Source: a virus
DNA: 28,503 bases
Virus genome (UHGV): UHGV-0003692
Strand: one strand, 5' to 3'
The notes under the pieces were generated by a model. It ran no database searches, was not told the origin of the DNA, and saw only the letters and a program-made list of their open reading frames with translations. Made by a program: the position numbers and the translations under genes. Numbering within the stretch: the first letter of the stretch is position 1; every line of letters starts with the position of its first letter. Shown piece after piece: positions 27,220 through 28,503 of this stretch.

Positions 27220-27743
27220 GCCGCCCTCCTGACGCCCTGCCCGATCGCCATCAATGCCGCTTTGGATACGGTAGTAAACATCCGTCGAGGACTGATGAAC
27301 GGTCGCCAAATCAGCAGCATGGAGCCTTTGCTGTTTCCCTTCTTCTCCAGCCCCGTCGATGGTTCGATAAAATTAATCCGTCCATCAGTGATAATGCGAA
27401 CTTCGTCGACACTCTCCAGAGCCTTGCTGAACCATCCGACTGACATATCCTCTGGCACAAGCATCACTACCGTCTGTCGCTGTTGTATGCACTGCTCAGC
27501 GGCTTTTTCCACCCACGGCCTGATATTGCTGTACGGTGGGTTATTCCAGATTGCACCGTGGCTTATCCACTCAGAATTGAGCGCGTCGTCGGCCTCAGTT
27601 AGCCAGTGAGCACACAGAGCATTTTTGTCGCTCGCTGCCGAATCCAGCCAGAATCCAAACTCAATATCCAGTGCATCAAAAAGCCAAAGCGGCGTTTGCC
27701 AGCAGTCCTTGTCGTGTGCTGGCGTATTTGATTTGATAGTCAT
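27216..27743 (-). CDS. DNA N6-adenine methyltransferase (phage Dam-like)
   Basis: 175-aa product from ATG 27743 (ATGA overlap with the NinB stop); contains the NPPY catalytic motif (WNNPPYS) of N6-adenine methyltransferases. Confidence 0.7.
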   Translation of the reverse strand: MTIKSNTPAHDKDCWQTPLWLFDALDIEFGFWLDSAASDKNALCAHWLTEADDALNSEWISHGAIWNNPPYSNIRPWVEKAAEQCIQQRQTVVMLVPEDMSVGWFSKALESVDEVRIITDGRINFIEPSTGLEKKGNSKGSMLLIWRPFISPRRMFTTVSKAALMAIGQGVRRAA

Positions 27744-28180
27744 GCAGCCCGATCTCCCCATCGCGCTTTCCACTCCAGAGCCAGTCGCGCTTCGTCTGAC
27801 CACTTAACGCCACGTTCTGTACCGAATGCCTGTATAAGCTCTAATAGCTCCGCAAATTCGCTTACACGCATCCTGCTGGTTGACTGGCCTATTACCACAA
27901 AGCCATTCCCGGCAAGGTTAGGAACAACATCCTGCTGCTTTAATGCTGCGGTAAACACACACTTCCAGCTTTCTGCATCCAGCCAGCGACCATGCCATTC
28001 AACCTGACGAGAGACGTCACCTAAGCAGGCCCATAGCTTCCTGTTTTGGTCTAAGCTGCGGTTGCGTTCCTGAATGGTTACTACGATTGGTTTGGTTGGG
28101 TCTGGAAGAATTTGCTGTACTGCGTGAATAGCGTTTTGCTGATGTGCTGGAGATCGAATTTCAAAGGTTAGTTTTTTCAT
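27740..28180 (-). CDS. ninB: NinB recombination protein (Orf family)
   Basis: 146-aa ORF; translation (MKKLTFEIRSPAHQQNAIHAVQQILPDPTKPIVVTIQERNRSLDQNRKLWACLGDVSRQVEWHGRW...) essentially identical to lambda NinB as recalled. Confidence 0.9.
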   Translation of the reverse strand: MKKLTFEIRSPAHQQNAIHAVQQILPDPTKPIVVTIQERNRSLDQNRKLWACLGDVSRQVEWHGRWLDAESWKCVFTAALKQQDVVPNLAGNGFVVIGQSTSRMRVSEFAELLELIQAFGTERGVKWSDEARLALEWKARWGDRAA

Positions 28181-28373
28181 GACTTCCCTTTCTAACAGAT
28201 TTCAGGTTATTCCACTCCGTTACCGCACTGCGATAATTCGCGGCCGCCACAGCAGCGTGGTTAGCGCAGTAGATTTGGCACCCGTTCTCCATGTCGAATA
28301 TTGTCGGTGATTTTCCGCATTTACATTTCTTGGCACGCGGTGCGTCTGAACACATTCCGTTAACGGTGTCCAT
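28161..28373 (-). CDS. Small Cys-rich hypothetical protein (putative zinc-binding)
   Basis: 70-aa ORF upstream of ninB, overlapping it by 20 nt; cysteine pairs C-x-C and C-x4-C; ATG at 28373. Confidence 0.4.
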   Translation of the reverse strand: MDTVNGMCSDAPRAKKCKCGKSPTIFDMENGCQIYCANHAAVAAANYRSAVTEWNNLKSVRKGSHEKTNL

Positions 28374-28458
28374 CAGGATTCCCCTCGTTCTTAATCCAAT
28401 AAAAAAGGGCTACTGTGTAAATAGCCCCTGTTATTAGCTCAGTGATGTAGATGGTCAT
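28360..28458 (-). CDS. Candidate small hydrophobic peptide (32 aa)
   Basis: Hand translation from ATG 28458 (preceded by AAAGGAGGA): MTIYITELITGAIYTVALFYWIKNEGNPDGHR, stop TAA 28360-28362; overlaps the start of the next gene by 14 nt. Confidence 0.25.
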   Translation of the reverse strand: MTIYITELITGAIYTVALFYWIKNEGNPDGHR

Positions 28459-28503
28459 CAGAATCCTCCTTTCTTCTTGGACTGCGGTTCCTCGCGTTCA
28501 CGT

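Noticed and set aside
27085-27609. 174-aa plus-strand ORF in the nin region
   Set aside because: Antisense to the methyltransferase and NinE genes, which have recognisable motifs and ATGA-coupled starts.
1-28503. CRISPR arrays, insertion sequences, transposases, integrase
   Set aside because: No regularly spaced direct repeats, no transposase-like ORFs or terminal inverted repeats. The integrase end of the prophage is expected beyond the right edge of the window.

Overview
This window is the right arm of a lambdoid prophage, with the junction to host DNA at the left edge; every supported gene is on the minus strand. Positions 91-105 are the reverse complement of the lambda att core (GCTTTTTTATACTAA), flanked by a lambda-like P arm on the prophage side and a B'-like host flank on the other, so this is attR (POB'). 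A sib/tI-like hairpin terminator follows at 252-291. Reading minus-strand downstream from the right edge: a lambda-type nin region (NinB, Dam-like methyltransferase, NinE, NinF, RusA, NinH, Ser/Thr phosphatase), a Q antiterminator of the phage 82/21 type, a lambda-like lysis cassette (S, R, Rz/Rz1), terminase small and large subunits, portal and head genes, then a contractile-tail module (sheath, tube, chaperone with a candidate -1 frameshift, tape measure, baseplate, tail fibre and assembly protein). The most interesting element is a lower-GC moron inserted between baseplate genes (about 4508-6031): a signal-peptide protein, then a promoter-and-palindrome region, an unknown 190-aa protein and a translationally coupled YafO-family toxin-like protein, closed by a strong terminator. 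All family assignments are from reading the translations and recalled reference sequences; no searches were run. No rRNA, tRNA, CRISPR array or transposase was found.
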